A stretch of DNA of 64,000 nucleotides, taken from Pavona decussata (Eukaryota). The notes under the pieces are model-generated. The model saw only the letters and a list, made by a program, of their open reading frames with translations. It ran no database searches and was not told the DNA's origin. This document shows positions 51,483 to 62,620 of this stretch, one piece after another (position 1 is the first letter of the stretch; each line of letters starts with the position of its first letter). The translations under genes and the position numbers were made by a program. The stretch spans positions 1,116,001-1,180,000 of the forward strand of contig CDRNST010000354.1 of assembly GCA_977016875.1 (NCBI GenBank), given 5' to 3'.

Positions 51483-52078
51483 TTACTTCCATGCATTGTC
51501 GTTGTATTCCGTTCTGACACCATCTCCTCGAACAAACGTAAATATGAGTTGCAGATCACTCTGCATATGACTTTCAAAAAGTGTATCCCCCATGTAGACA
51601 AATTCCTTAACTGGATTATTTACATGAAGCCAAAATTGCACTGTTCCAGCAACAACATAGCAGAAATCTCCATTGATGTTCAGTATTCTCTTGTGTCATT
51701 TGTTTCCCAAAATGTTACAAAGCTGGCGATTATTATTTAAATAATGGACATTTCTTCCTCTTGACTTCCTGACCACTCCAATATCCGACAGGTGTACCTG
51801 ATAAATGTCCATATCGATACATGTCTCTATTCGCACTGCAGGAGATTCCCTTTTACTTGAAAACAAGGCAAATTTTATTTCCCTTGCAAGACAACAGAAC
51901 ATGGCTCCTGCCCTGTCCTCAAAAGATTGATCACTCGGAAAAAATCGTGGGACATAGCGGCCAACAGAAAGTTTTTCGGCGTTCGCTAGTTGGTCAGCAT
52001 CTCTCCACTCATCATATTCAACAGAATATCTGATGAAGTGGATTTTTACTTTGTTGCTGCTTTTATCCCTTTTTAGAC
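51483..52078 (-). pseudogene. Chromo-barrel/Tudor-knot domain protein, 5'-truncated by Penelope
   Basis: Minus frame: KRDKSSNKVKIHFIRYSVEYDEWRD...LAREIKFALFSSKRESPAVRIE...LGNK*HKRILNINGDFCYVVAGTVQFWL...LIFTFVRGDGVRTEY; one internal TGA. Confidence 0.65.
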
Positions 52079-52171
52079 GTAGGTGTCGGAGGTGTCTTTC
52101 GTAGCTATAGCGTCGGAACGTAATTTACATCCAATTATTCTCTCACATCTATACCCTTTCTGGACGTCAGT

Positions 52172-53122
52172 GTGTCTCTCTATAACGGCACTATCACTAC
52201 CGACCTTTACACTAAGCCTACTGACAAACATCACTACTTGTTACAATCTTCATGTCATCCTAAAAACACTAAGAGAGCCATTCCATTCAGCTTAGCTCTC
52301 AGACTTCGACGTATTTGTTCTTCTGACGAAACTTTTAAACTCCGAACAAACGAACTCAGAACCTATCTCAACAAACGGGGATACAATCTTTCATTCCTCA
52401 ACCAAGAAATAGGACATGTTAACGGCATCCCACGTTCCGACGCTATAGCTACGAAAGACACCTCCGACACCAACCAGCCTATACAAGTACCCCTTGTCGT
52501 CACATACAATCCGGCCCTTCGTTCTGTATCATCCATTATTCACAAACACTTCAACATCCTATCTTCATCTCCCCGCTGCACTAACGTTTTCAAAGCCACA
52601 CCTCTTGTTGCCTTCCGACGGACCAACAACCTGAGTGATTTACTAGTTAGCGCCAAACTACGTAATCCCACACAAAACAACCTACCCCACGGATCTTTTC
52701 GATGTGGAGACAACTGTTTAACTTGCAACTACATAACAGACGGACGTACCAGCTACACATTTCATTCTACCGGCGAAACTAGACATATTACTCATCATAT
52801 AGACTGTAACTCTAAAAACGTTATTTACATGGTACACTGCAACCGCTGCCACAAACAATACATAGGAGAAACAAAACGACGACTTAAAGATCGTTTTAAC
52901 GAACACCGCAGACCAGTTGACAAACAAGCAAACAGTTCCAAACCCACCACAGTTTCAGAACATTTTCTTTCTAACAACCATAACGCTTCTGACATGCTAC
53001 TAATTCCTCTCGAACTCATCAAATCTAATCGTGACAGTGTACGCAAAGCTAGAGAGGCATACCTCATCGACAGAGGTCAAACTATTGAACCCTTAGGTCT
53101 TAATAGGAGAGATGAGACATGA
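52172..53122 (+). CDS. Penelope ORF 3' part (RT thumb, linker, GIY-YIG endonuclease), upstream partial copy
   Basis: TDLYTKPTD...SSCHP, NVIYMVHCNRCHKQYIGETKRRLKDRFNEH...REAYLI...GLN. Confidence 0.9.
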   Translation: MSLYNGTITTDLYTKPTDKHHYLLQSSCHPKNTKRAIPFSLALRLRRICSSDETFKLRTNELRTYLNKRGYNLSFLNQEIGHVNGIPRSDAIATKDTSDTNQPIQVPLVVTYNPALRSVSSIIHKHFNILSSSPRCTNVFKATPLVAFRRTNNLSDLLVSAKLRNPTQNNLPHGSFRCGDNCLTCNYITDGRTSYTFHSTGETRHITHHIDCNSKNVIYMVHCNRCHKQYIGETKRRLKDRFNEHRRPVDKQANSSKPTTVSEHFLSNNHNASDMLLIPLELIKSNRDSVRKAREAYLIDRGQTIEPLGLNRRDET

Positions 53123-53348
53123 ACATTTTTCCCGTCTTTCATCGTCCTAAGTTATGTAATTAACTCATTGTTACGTATTTTGTTTTCGTCAACCACGTTG
53201 CAACGTTAGCTTATACCTATTTACCAGTTGCATTTTCAAATTTCAAATTGTAACGTTTTTGTTTATGTAACTTTAGCCTTTTTTCAGGTATCTATTGTAA
53301 CTGTTTAAAATTGTAAGGTATCTTGCCACAGGGTCAGTCTCAAACATA

Positions 53349-53385
53349 CCCTGAAGAAGAAAGGCCGTGCCTTTCGAAATATTGG
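53349..53385 (+). ncRNA. Minimal type-I hammerhead ribozyme motif (Penelope)
   Basis: CC-CTGAAGA-A-GAAAGGC cgt GCCTTTC-GAAA-TATT-GG: core boxes, 7-bp stem II, palindromic AATATT in place of stem III. Confidence 0.75.
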
Positions 53386-53612
53386 AAAATATACTTCCCT
53401 GACCGTGAAATCAGCCTTGCTTTTTTGTTAGATTATTTGCTTTACAATTTTTTTGCTGATTAGATCTTCTTAGATCCTTCACTACAGGATCCGGTACTTT
53501 TATTTTGTCACGGTGGTCCTTGCAAACACAGTTTATCACTGGTTTTTACTGAACAGTCTTTTACGGCCACGATCCTCGTTATCTACTTCAACGAAGCGAT
53601 CCAAAATAGAAG

Positions 53613-56600
53613 ATGGGAATCGAATTATCATCCTGGAGACAACGCATTGGAGTTTTCGTGCGTTCTCCCAGACTGAGACCGACCCGGGCAAGACTTAACC
53701 TCAACACTAATAATTTCTTTGCACCACGCAGCCTTCACAAGTCCAGCTCAAGGAAATCTGAAATCCTGTTGTGCCTTGTTCTTCTTGGCTGTTTGTACGT
53801 TTCCATTACCCTTGTGCAACAAACTACAGTTAGTTTACCACAACCTGCAGAAAGTGACTCATTTAATCGACCACCAGGAACACAGAGATCATTTTCCTTT
53901 TACCGTCCACACTACCAGCTATCTACTTTACAAGACTTGCACACGCCTTCCCTGCTTCGGATTACCCTAAGTATGGATATCCATCCTAATCCTGGTCCTG
54001 CCTCAGCACATATTCTCAGAGACTTCACCAACCCTGAGCAGCGTGTACTCTTCAACAAAGCCAAACGCCTCCAACTTAAACTCACCCGATACGAACACCA
54101 TCAATCTAATTACATCTATTACTACAATCACAAGATCAATCCCAAAGGCCTAATCATCAAATGTAGACCAACGTTTGAATCATCATCCTGTGAACAGTTA
54201 CAGCGTCGATGGACAAAATTACTGACAAGAACATCTCGCAAAATGATTAAACTCCTTCAAATACAATGCAAGAAACACTTGACACTGCTAACTTCAGAAT
54301 TTAATTCTATCCTGTATCAACTCAAATCTACGTGCTCTGATTCGACATTTGTTCACATTAAACACTTTCTTCAGACTTCGGCAGCCGAACTATCTCATGT
54401 ACTCCTATCTAGAAAACGCAAGAAACAGTCCTCAACCGGTGAGTATGCCGCTCGCGCTTTTGCTCGTACACGTCATAATAACCGTCCTTACCGACCCGAT
54501 AACCAAAATAACCGTCCTAACCGACCACAACCTACTGTCACCCATTCGCAGTCACCTATTGACGCATCCACTAATCACATTCAACCCATTAACGCCCCTA
54601 TCATCACCACTGCTAATAGTTCCACACCCATATGCAATCCTAGACGTCGACGCAAACGGAAAACGACAACTAACAGATACTGGAGACGCGACAATCATAA
54701 CATTCAACTAGACAGTAACGCAGTTATTAGCTTAAGCAATGTCACGACTCTAACTCAAGACGAGACTCAACTGCTTGCTAGGGGCCTTTCCTTTTGCCCT
54801 ACTCCATGCCAAATTGACTGGACTGAAATCAGAGCTGATTTTTTTGAGTTTAGCCGACGTATGCGACTCCTTGAGTTTTTTCATGACTACCCTCCCCAGA
54901 CCAATCCTAACCCATTTCGTCCCAAAGGTACATGGACCCCTCCCCCCCACAGGGACCCAGCACTCGACACTTTTTTAGATGCCGTGGAACATGACCTTTT
55001 CAATGTCACACCAGCCCCTGTACGTGACAATTTGACTACACGCGAACGCGATGCACTAAAACGTCGCCGCAGACGCACTGGCATTGTCATCAAGTCAGCA
55101 GACAAGGGCTCTGGTGTAGTTGTTATGGACCGTAACTGGTACTTTGACGAATGTTCACGACAATTAAACGACTCTAAATTCTACAAAACCTTAGACAACG
55201 ATATCACCATTGACATTCAAAAACGCATACGAATTTACGTAGAACGCATGCACCGTGGCAAGATTATTGATGATCACACTAAACGTTTTTTAATACTGAC
55301 TGATCCCAAACCTGGACGATTTTACATACTACCCAAAATACACAAACAAGGTAACCCCGGACGTCCCATTGTTTCCAGTAACTCTCACTCTACAGAACGC
55401 ATCTCTCAGTTTGTAGACTATCACCTCAAACCTCTGGTACAGACTACACAATCCTTCATAAAAGACACTACACACTTCCTTAACAAACTCCAGCAACTCG
55501 GACAATTACCCAATAACGCCATTCTTGTCACTCTGGACGTTTCTTCTCTCTACACCAACATACCTCACAACGAAGGCATCAACCTGTGTTGACAGTTCCT
55601 CGAAACACGTAACCGCACCCCTTCTACCATAAGTTCCGAAACTTTATGTGACCTCATACGCATGATCCTTACCATGAACAATTTTACGTTCAACGACAAA
55701 CACTATCTACAGACTCACCGAACTGCTATGGGAAACCATAATGGCTCCTTCTTACGCCAATTTCTTTCTCGCCAAATTCGAGACAGACGCATTACTACAT
55801 GCTCCATTTCAACCATACATATGGTGGCGCTTCATAGACGACATCTTCATGATATGGACACACTCTCTCGACGACCTCCAAACCTTCACTACTTATCTCA
55901 ATAACATTCACCCCACTATTAAATTTACATCCAATTATTCTCTCACATCTATACCCTTTCTGGACGTCAGTGTGTCTCTCTATAACGGCACTATCACTAC
56001 CGACCTTTACACTAAGCCTACTGACAAACATTAATACTTGTTACAATCTTCATGTCATCCTAGACACACTAAGAGAGCCATTCCATTCAGCTTAACTCTC
56101 AGACTTCGACGTATTTGTTCTTCTGACGAAACTTTTAAACTCCGAACAAACGAACTCAGAACCTATCTCAACAAACGGGGATACAATCTTTCATTCCTCA
56201 ACCAAGAAATAGGACGTATTAACGGCATCCCACGTTCCGACGCTATAGCTACGAAAGACACCTCCGACACCAACCAGCCTATACAAGTACCCCTTGTCGT
56301 CACATACAATCCGGCCCTTCGTTCTGTATCATCCATTATTCACAAACACTTCAACATCCTATCTTCATCCCCCCGCTGCACTAACGTTTTCAAAGCCACA
56401 CCTCTTGTTGCCTTCCGACGGACCAACAACCTGAGTGATTTACTAGTTAGCGCCAAACTACGTAATCCCACACAAAACAACCTACCCCACGGATCTTTTC
56501 GATGTGGAGACAACTGTTTAACTTGCAACTACATAACAGACGGACGTACCAGCTACACATTTCATTCTACCGGCGAAACTAGACATATTACTCATCATAT

Positions 56601-56922
56601 AGACTGTAACTCTAAAAACATTATTTACATGGTGCACTGCAACCGCTGCCACAAACAATACATAGGAGAAACAAAACGACGACTTAAAGACCGTTTTAAC
56701 GAACACCGTAGACCAGTCGACAAACAAACAAACAGTTCCAAACCCACCACAGTTTCAGAACATTTTCTTTCTAACAACCATAACGCTTCTGACATGCTAC
56801 TAATTCCTCTCGAACTCATCAAATCTAATCGTGACAGTGTACGCAAAGCTAGAGAGGCATACCTCATCGACAGAGGTCAAACTATTGAACCCTTAGGTCT
56901 TAATAGGAGAGATGAGACATGA
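53613..56922 (+). pseudogene. Penelope RT-GIY-YIG polyprotein (stops at 55590 and 56032, frameshift near 55735)
   Basis: KSADKGSGVVVMD, FYILPKIHK, GRPIVS, LDVSSLYTNIP, MAPSYAN, RFIDDIF, PFLDV, YIGET. Confidence 0.93.
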
Positions 56923-57149
56923 ACATTTTTCCCATCTTTCATCGTCCTAAGTTATGTAATTAACTCATTGTTACGTTTTTTTTTTTTCGTCTACCACGTT
57001 GTAACGTTAGCTTATACCTATTTACCAGTTGTATTTTCAAATTTCAAATTGTAACGTTTTTGTTTATGTAACTTTAGCCTTTTTTCAGGTATCTATTGTA
57101 ACTGTTTAAAATTGTAACGTATCTTGCCACAGGGTCAGTCTCAAACATA

Positions 57150-57186
57150 CCCTGAAGAAGAAAGGCCGTGCCTTTCGAAATATTGG
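57150..57186 (+). ncRNA. Minimal hammerhead ribozyme motif, second Penelope copy
   Basis: Identical to 53349-53385. Confidence 0.75.
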
Positions 57187-57614
57187 AAAATATACTTCCC
57201 TGATCGTGAAATCAGCCTTGCTCTTTTTTTAGATTAATGGCAATGTTGATTATTGTGGACAGTCAGGGTACACTGATTTTTATTGACTCTCATGTGTATA
57301 GTTCAAAAGCAGCAGTGATTGCTCGCTTTATCCTTGATAGGCACTCCCAGGCTAGGAATTTTTCAGTGTGACTCAATGGAATGTTGATCCAGTCGAGAGG
57401 GTTGGGCCTATCACAGTGCTATGCGCCTAACCGTTGCCACCTAGGAAAGTTTTTGATTAGTTTTTGACACTTTTTTGACATCTTTTTGACAACTTCTGAT
57501 GGCCTCTGTTTCAATTGTCCAATAAAATTGCGAGAACTTAACGCCGGTAACAAAAAGCGCGGGAATTTGCCGATTCACTTTGCTCAGTATAATCTATCGT
57601 CGGACTAATCGTGA

Positions 57615-58561
57615 ATGAAGATAAAAATGCTTGTAAGTTTTCTTTCTAATTTTCTAGTTCTTCAGAGCTTGTGTTTACAACCGGCATGTCCGTTGCAATT
57701 TTTTTTTCTGCAACTGATATCCAGTTACGACAAAACAGCAGCGGTGGAATATATGACAATGGTCGCTCTTTGCCGACAATGTTTAGGGATAGAATTTTAG
57801 ACCTGCATCACGACGGGCACAGTGAACGTCACATTACACGGGAAGTTCATGTGAGTCATACTTACGTCGGGAAAGTCATCAAACGTTACGACAAGTCGAA
57901 TACAGCTCATAGAGCCCAAAGGAAAACTTTTGTGAAGCCCAAAATAGATCAGACTGTTTCGTAATACATTGAATGTAGCAGACTCATGAGCCCAAGCATC
58001 TCACAAATAAACAGAGTTTCACAAAAGCAACATGCCATGACAAGGAAGAGAATAACTGTCGTTCCACGCGAATCTAATTCGCTTGGCGCAACAGAAGCTG
58101 TGGATGCTTTTCTTACCGAAATTTCGAACCTTAGGGCAGCAAACTTACACTTTTTCGACGAATCTAGTGTAATCAAAACAACAGGGAATAAAAAGTATGG
58201 CAGCGCTGTTCTCGGCGAACCTGCCTTTGAAGTTCAATGCTACGCATCCAATTCGAACTACACAATTAATTTATTACACTCTATAAATGGGGTTGATTTT
58301 TATAACATTTTAGATGGCCCTTCCAACGGTATGGAATTATTAACTTTTTTCCACACGGCCCTACAGCTAGAACGACAGGATAGGAGTGCAACTCTTGAAC
58401 GTGGAGACTGTGTTGTAATGGACAATTGTGGATTCCATCATCCACGGTTCTTGGAACCTATTTTGAGGAACATGCTAGCTGACTGTGGGATAAGGTTATT
58501 ATTTCAGCCACCATATCATCCTGATATCAATTCTTGTGAATTTTGTTTCCGTACAACTTAA
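57615..58561 (+). pseudogene. IS630/Tc1-like DD38E transposase with a paired-domain-like N-terminus
   Basis: QNSSGGIYDNGRSLP...RDRILDL...VSHTYVGKVIKRY; FFDES, VMDNCGFH, PPYHPDINSCE (38 residues between D and E); stop at 57962 and a short C-terminus. Confidence 0.87.
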
Positions 58562-58752
58562 AAATAAAAATAAATAAGAACATGGCTATTGAGTCCGCCT
58601 TCGCCTTTGTGTTCCCTTTTGTTTACTTTATAATAATATCTATCTATCTCTTGATCACTTGTAGTGTTTCAACCCCAAAATATATAAACTGTGATCCCGA
58701 TAACACAATGTAAAAGAAAACCGTACATCATATAGAAATAAACATGTCAAAG

Positions 58753-59799
58753 TCACAAGAATTTTGGCATCATTGCTTGCAACTGAGAATTCTGAAATTG
58801 GTCAATGATAAGTGGAAGTTTCCAATCCTCGCTCTCACCCCAGTCTGGAACTTTATTATTCAACGCTCTCTGCAAAATTAGAAGATCACGGTCTAGGTGA
58901 ATTCGTTTTCCACTACCATATTTGAGTAAATTTTGCGCCTTCAATCTCGGTCGCATCAGACCAAAGAATGATGTTTTCGCGCGCTCATGTGCACTTGCTA
59001 AACTTTTGATGTTTGCCTCTTCTTCAGCGGCTTGATTTTCAAGTGATTTGATCTCGCGTTGAAGCTCGTTGACCTTCATTTTGTGCTCAGGATGTTTATC
59101 TTTTATTTTACATGAATCAATATTTGAACAAGGGGGATTGCGGCATGTTGTTTTTGTATGGCCAGTTGCATGGCAATTGTTACACACGCAACCTCGTAGA
59201 CTCGCAAGTGTCATGTACTCTTTCCCTTGTTGATTAAGTTTCCCCAGTTCTTCCTTTGCAGTAGCTACCTGGACTCGCAAAACTGTAAGATTTTCTGTCA
59301 TCTCCTGTTGTTTTGAATCCAAAGGGCTAAGTCCTTTCTGGTCATTTAGTGTTGAGGTACGGGTAGAACTCGCTTGCACATCTTGTGTGAAACTTGTTGA
59401 CGACAACGTTGTTAAATTGAACGACAGCTGTTTTGGTTCTAAACAACTAAGTTGGTCGCTGGTACTTGGATTTCTGGGTTCAAAGTCTAGCCGTCTCATC
59501 TTATGCGGGCATGGAGAGTCAATTTCGGTGGCTTGAAAGAATATTTTCTTGTAGTCGCAGTCTTTCACATCTTTGGCAGTACGAAGCATTTCCGAGAACG
59601 CAAAAACATCCGCTTGACAAACATTCACCATATCGCCATCCTCGTCACGGTAACGAAGTCTGATTTTATCTTCAGCTAGGTGAGCCAAGGAAGAACAATA
59701 TTTCTTAATGCTACACAAAAGACCTCCATACGATACATTTTCCAGGAGGAAAGTAGCAAATCGGTTCCCTCCATATTCCACTTTTACCTGAAATGCCAT
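58753..59799 (-). CDS. Intact 348-aa PB1-domain / zinc-knuckle / coiled-coil protein (transposon cargo)
   Basis: ATG-to-stop ORF; VKVEY (conserved Lys) and LRYRDEDGDMV (OPCA motif); CNNCHATGHTKTTC...C...C...H; flanking heptad-rich helices. Confidence 0.85.
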   Translation of the reverse strand: MAFQVKVEYGGNRFATFLLENVSYGGLLCSIKKYCSSLAHLAEDKIRLRYRDEDGDMVNVCQADVFAFSEMLRTAKDVKDCDYKKIFFQATEIDSPCPHKMRRLDFEPRNPSTSDQLSCLEPKQLSFNLTTLSSTSFTQDVQASSTRTSTLNDQKGLSPLDSKQQEMTENLTVLRVQVATAKEELGKLNQQGKEYMTLASLRGCVCNNCHATGHTKTTCRNPPCSNIDSCKIKDKHPEHKMKVNELQREIKSLENQAAEEEANIKSLASAHERAKTSFFGLMRPRLKAQNLLKYGSGKRIHLDRDLLILQRALNNKVPDWGESEDWKLPLIIDQFQNSQLQAMMPKFL

Positions 59800-60724
59800 G
59801 TTCGTTTTGCCGTTGAGAATTGTGAATCCCTCGAGAGTGGATGCTGAAATGAAATTGACGATTTGACATCTCCGCCCTTGACAGTTCCCATGTTTTGATT
59901 GGCCGGTTCAAATAGAAGCCGGCAAAAAGTTGTCAAAAAGATGCCAAAATTTAATCAAAAACTTTCTCAAGTGGCAACGGTAGTGCGCGTAGCACTGTAA
60001 TCTGTTCCATTTCTTCAATTTTATATTCATGAAAGTTCTAGTATGACAAAAAGAACATTTCTCTATTTCTTGAGATTTTTCAGTCTACATGCATGAAAAT
60101 AACTTAGTTTCAACAGCCACCTTGATATAATCCAAACAGTAATCTTTTGCTTATTTTTCCTTCTTTTTCTATCATAGTAGCACTGTTTAAAAAAGGCCTA
60201 AAGGGTAGAGATTGGTTAATGCAAACAAGGCCTGTAAGTGTGTTTGCATTGGAAATAGTATTCAATGAATGTGGTGGAAGTGATCATATTTTCTAGGTTA
60301 TTTTTTTGCTTCGCTTTGGATACTTAGGTGAGAAAAGAAATAGAAACAAGTGATTTTCAAAGATAAACAATCTCATTTATTGTGTAAATACACATGGCTT
60401 ACCTGTACATGTAATTATAAATTTATCTTTCAATATTCCAAAAAAGTGTCTCATTTGTTGACCTTTCTTTTTCTTGAAAACATCATGTTGCTATGATTGC
60501 GAAGTATATGTAGGAAAGTTGTTTTCCTTTTTTTGGCAATAAAAAAAAGTAACAATGTGGATTTTTCATGGAGTGATTGGCATTAGGTTGTTTCGCTAGA
60601 CAGTTGGGTATGAAAATGTGATTACTTCTCGTTCTTAAAGTGAGTTTGGGTGAAAAACTATCTTAGCTGTTTTTGCACTTTGCAGTGTTTGCATGGGGAG
60701 TAAATTGATTTAACTAATTGAGTT

Positions 60725-60952
60725 AATTGTTTTATGACATGAGCTTCGTCTATTGCAATTGCGCAACCCTTTTGCTGATACAAATCCGAGGATAACAGTC
60801 TTTGCCATCGTTCATTCTTTAACAACACCTCTGGCGTCGCGTAAACAATCAAATAAAATCCTCCTTCAATGAGATCTATTTCTCCCTGCCTAATTGCGTT
60901 GCTCAGACTTACGCAGAATATTCCTACCTGTCTTAAGCGTTCGGTTTGATCC
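60725..60952 (-). pseudogene. RecQ-like DEAH helicase fragment (probably AcademH)
   Basis: DQTERLRQVGI...IVYATPEVLL...WQRLL...IAIDEAHVIKQ (motifs Ib and II); cut by the TTAA insertion at 60953. Confidence 0.8.
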
Positions 60953-60956
60953 TTAA

Positions 60957-62620
60957 AGGGACAGTGTCACAGATCTCGGACATGTGCAGAAGTGTCATAT
61001 CAACTTGAAAAAGCTGGCAGGTTTTTTCAAGTTTCGCGGCTGTTGGAATCTCCATTATATATCAAAGTCATCCGCGCTCAGTTCTGTCTAAAAAAGTATT
61101 ATTTAGCTAAGGCGGGATTTAAAGTATAGTTTAGTTTGCTTTTTTACAATATTCGTGTTGGAGTTGGACTCATTTGTTTTGGTTTGCAAAGTCACCATGT
61201 CTGGCCGTGGCGGCCATCATCCCGGGAGCGGGCAAATGCGGATTCATGCCTCAAAAAAGCAGCCGAACATCGTTTGGCAAAGAGGTCATCTGAGAATATC
61301 CATAGACTGCATTTTTTATTCCTCTTGGGTCGCCGTGAGGATAAAGTTTGACTACAAAACTGACTCTGATTTTGCAAGCCATCTTCTTTCACTCGAAAGG
61401 CAAGGCAGATTAGTAAGGACCACTATTGAGCTGTTGTTTTGACACCCTTTTTAGGTTTTTGGTTTGCTTAACTTACTCTAGAACAAATGTTTTCAATAGG
61501 GAGAATGATCCTGTCATTTCATATGCGAAGAGGAAGGGGAGAACTGAAGAGGAAACTGCTGTTCCTTCGAAAAGACGATGCCATCTCTCAGGTGAGAAAT
61601 GATTTGCAATTTTTCTTTAAATGAGTTTGTTCTGGTATAAGTAATTTCGATGTTACGTATATTTATGTGTAAGCCAGTTTTCAAGTAAAGGTGTTGAAAA
61701 ATTGGAATAAAGTGATACATTTGTGCATCAGTTTTTTTTGGCACACAGGACATGCACTGTCAACCTCGACCCTTGTGAAACCAGTTATGATTACTGTGCA
61801 GTCCTCTTACCTTGTCATTAGATGCCACTAGGTATGTATAATTTTAAATTTATAGCAGAAAACTGTACTTTTATGAACTGGCTTTACCTCAATAATCTTA
61901 TCCTGTCAGCGCTGATATTATGAGTAAAATTTCTTGGCAATTTTCTTTTCTGCCATTGTGTTACCTGATGAAGGCATAGTGCTCATGTAATATATTATTT
62001 TTTCTTTTTATCAGTGATTTGGATGTAACTGGGATTTCAGAGTTCTCGGTGAATAACAGCACTTATCAGGTTGCCGATGATTCCGTTATTTTACAAAATG
62101 ACTCAGGGAAATATCAAGATTCTGATAACCCATTGTCAGACAGTGACTCAGATGGTGAAGGTGATTCAGATGATTATAAAGAGAAAACAGAAAGGTGTGT
62201 GTTGTAGAGATGATTGACTGTAGCAAAGGTTCCATTTCAACAATGCATACACCATACACATGAATACAAATACTTACTATAATGTGTAATACACATATTT
62301 TTATTTATAGTTGTACTTTACTTTTGCACCAAATGTCCCACTTTACAAACTGGGTAAAAAAATATCATGACCGTGTACATAAAAATGTGGCCATCAAATA
62401 ATAAAAGAGGAGTGGATCCAATCTGAAGGCTGGCAGTCATCAAAGGAAAATCATTGTCATGCACCTGTATTTACATGTAACGGGAATATTTAATTTTCAT
62501 CCCTCATCATAGGGCAATTGCAGATGTCCTGACAGATGCTTTACATGAACTTGATGAAGATTATTGTGAGGAGGAGAGCTACAATTCATGTCAAGGCACA
62601 GATATGGATGATTGGGAGTA
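60957..62620 (+). mobile_element. Left part of a Kolobok-type DNA transposon with decayed N-terminal exons
   Basis: TTAA|AGGGACAGTGTCAC start; MSGRGGHHPGSG...W...DSDFASHLLSLE exon followed by short acidic exons; no right end found. Confidence 0.6.

Larger units (their letters stand above)
52082..57236 (+). mobile_element. Penelope-like retroelement in partial tandem (pLTR) arrangement with a 5' inversion
   Basis: 52122-53435 repeats at 55922-57236; 52082-52121 is the reverse complement of 52432-52471; RT plus GIY-YIG. Confidence 0.95.
57414..59997 (+). mobile_element. IS630/Tc1/mariner DNA transposon with a cargo gene
   Basis: TIRs CAGTGCTATGCGCCTAACCGTTGCCACCTAGGAAAGTTTTTGATTA and reverse complement CAGTGCTACGCGCACTACCGTTGCCACTTGAGAAAGTTTTTGATTA; TA on the right flank, CA on the left; TTTTTGACA subterminal repeats. 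Confidence 0.88.

Noticed and set aside
57412-57418. Perfect RSS heptamer CACAGTG near RAG1-like genes
   Set aside because: It is the Tc1 TIR start (CAGTG) plus a probable TA>CA mutated target site; the matching right end reads TA-CAGTG and there is no nonamer at 12 or 23 bp.
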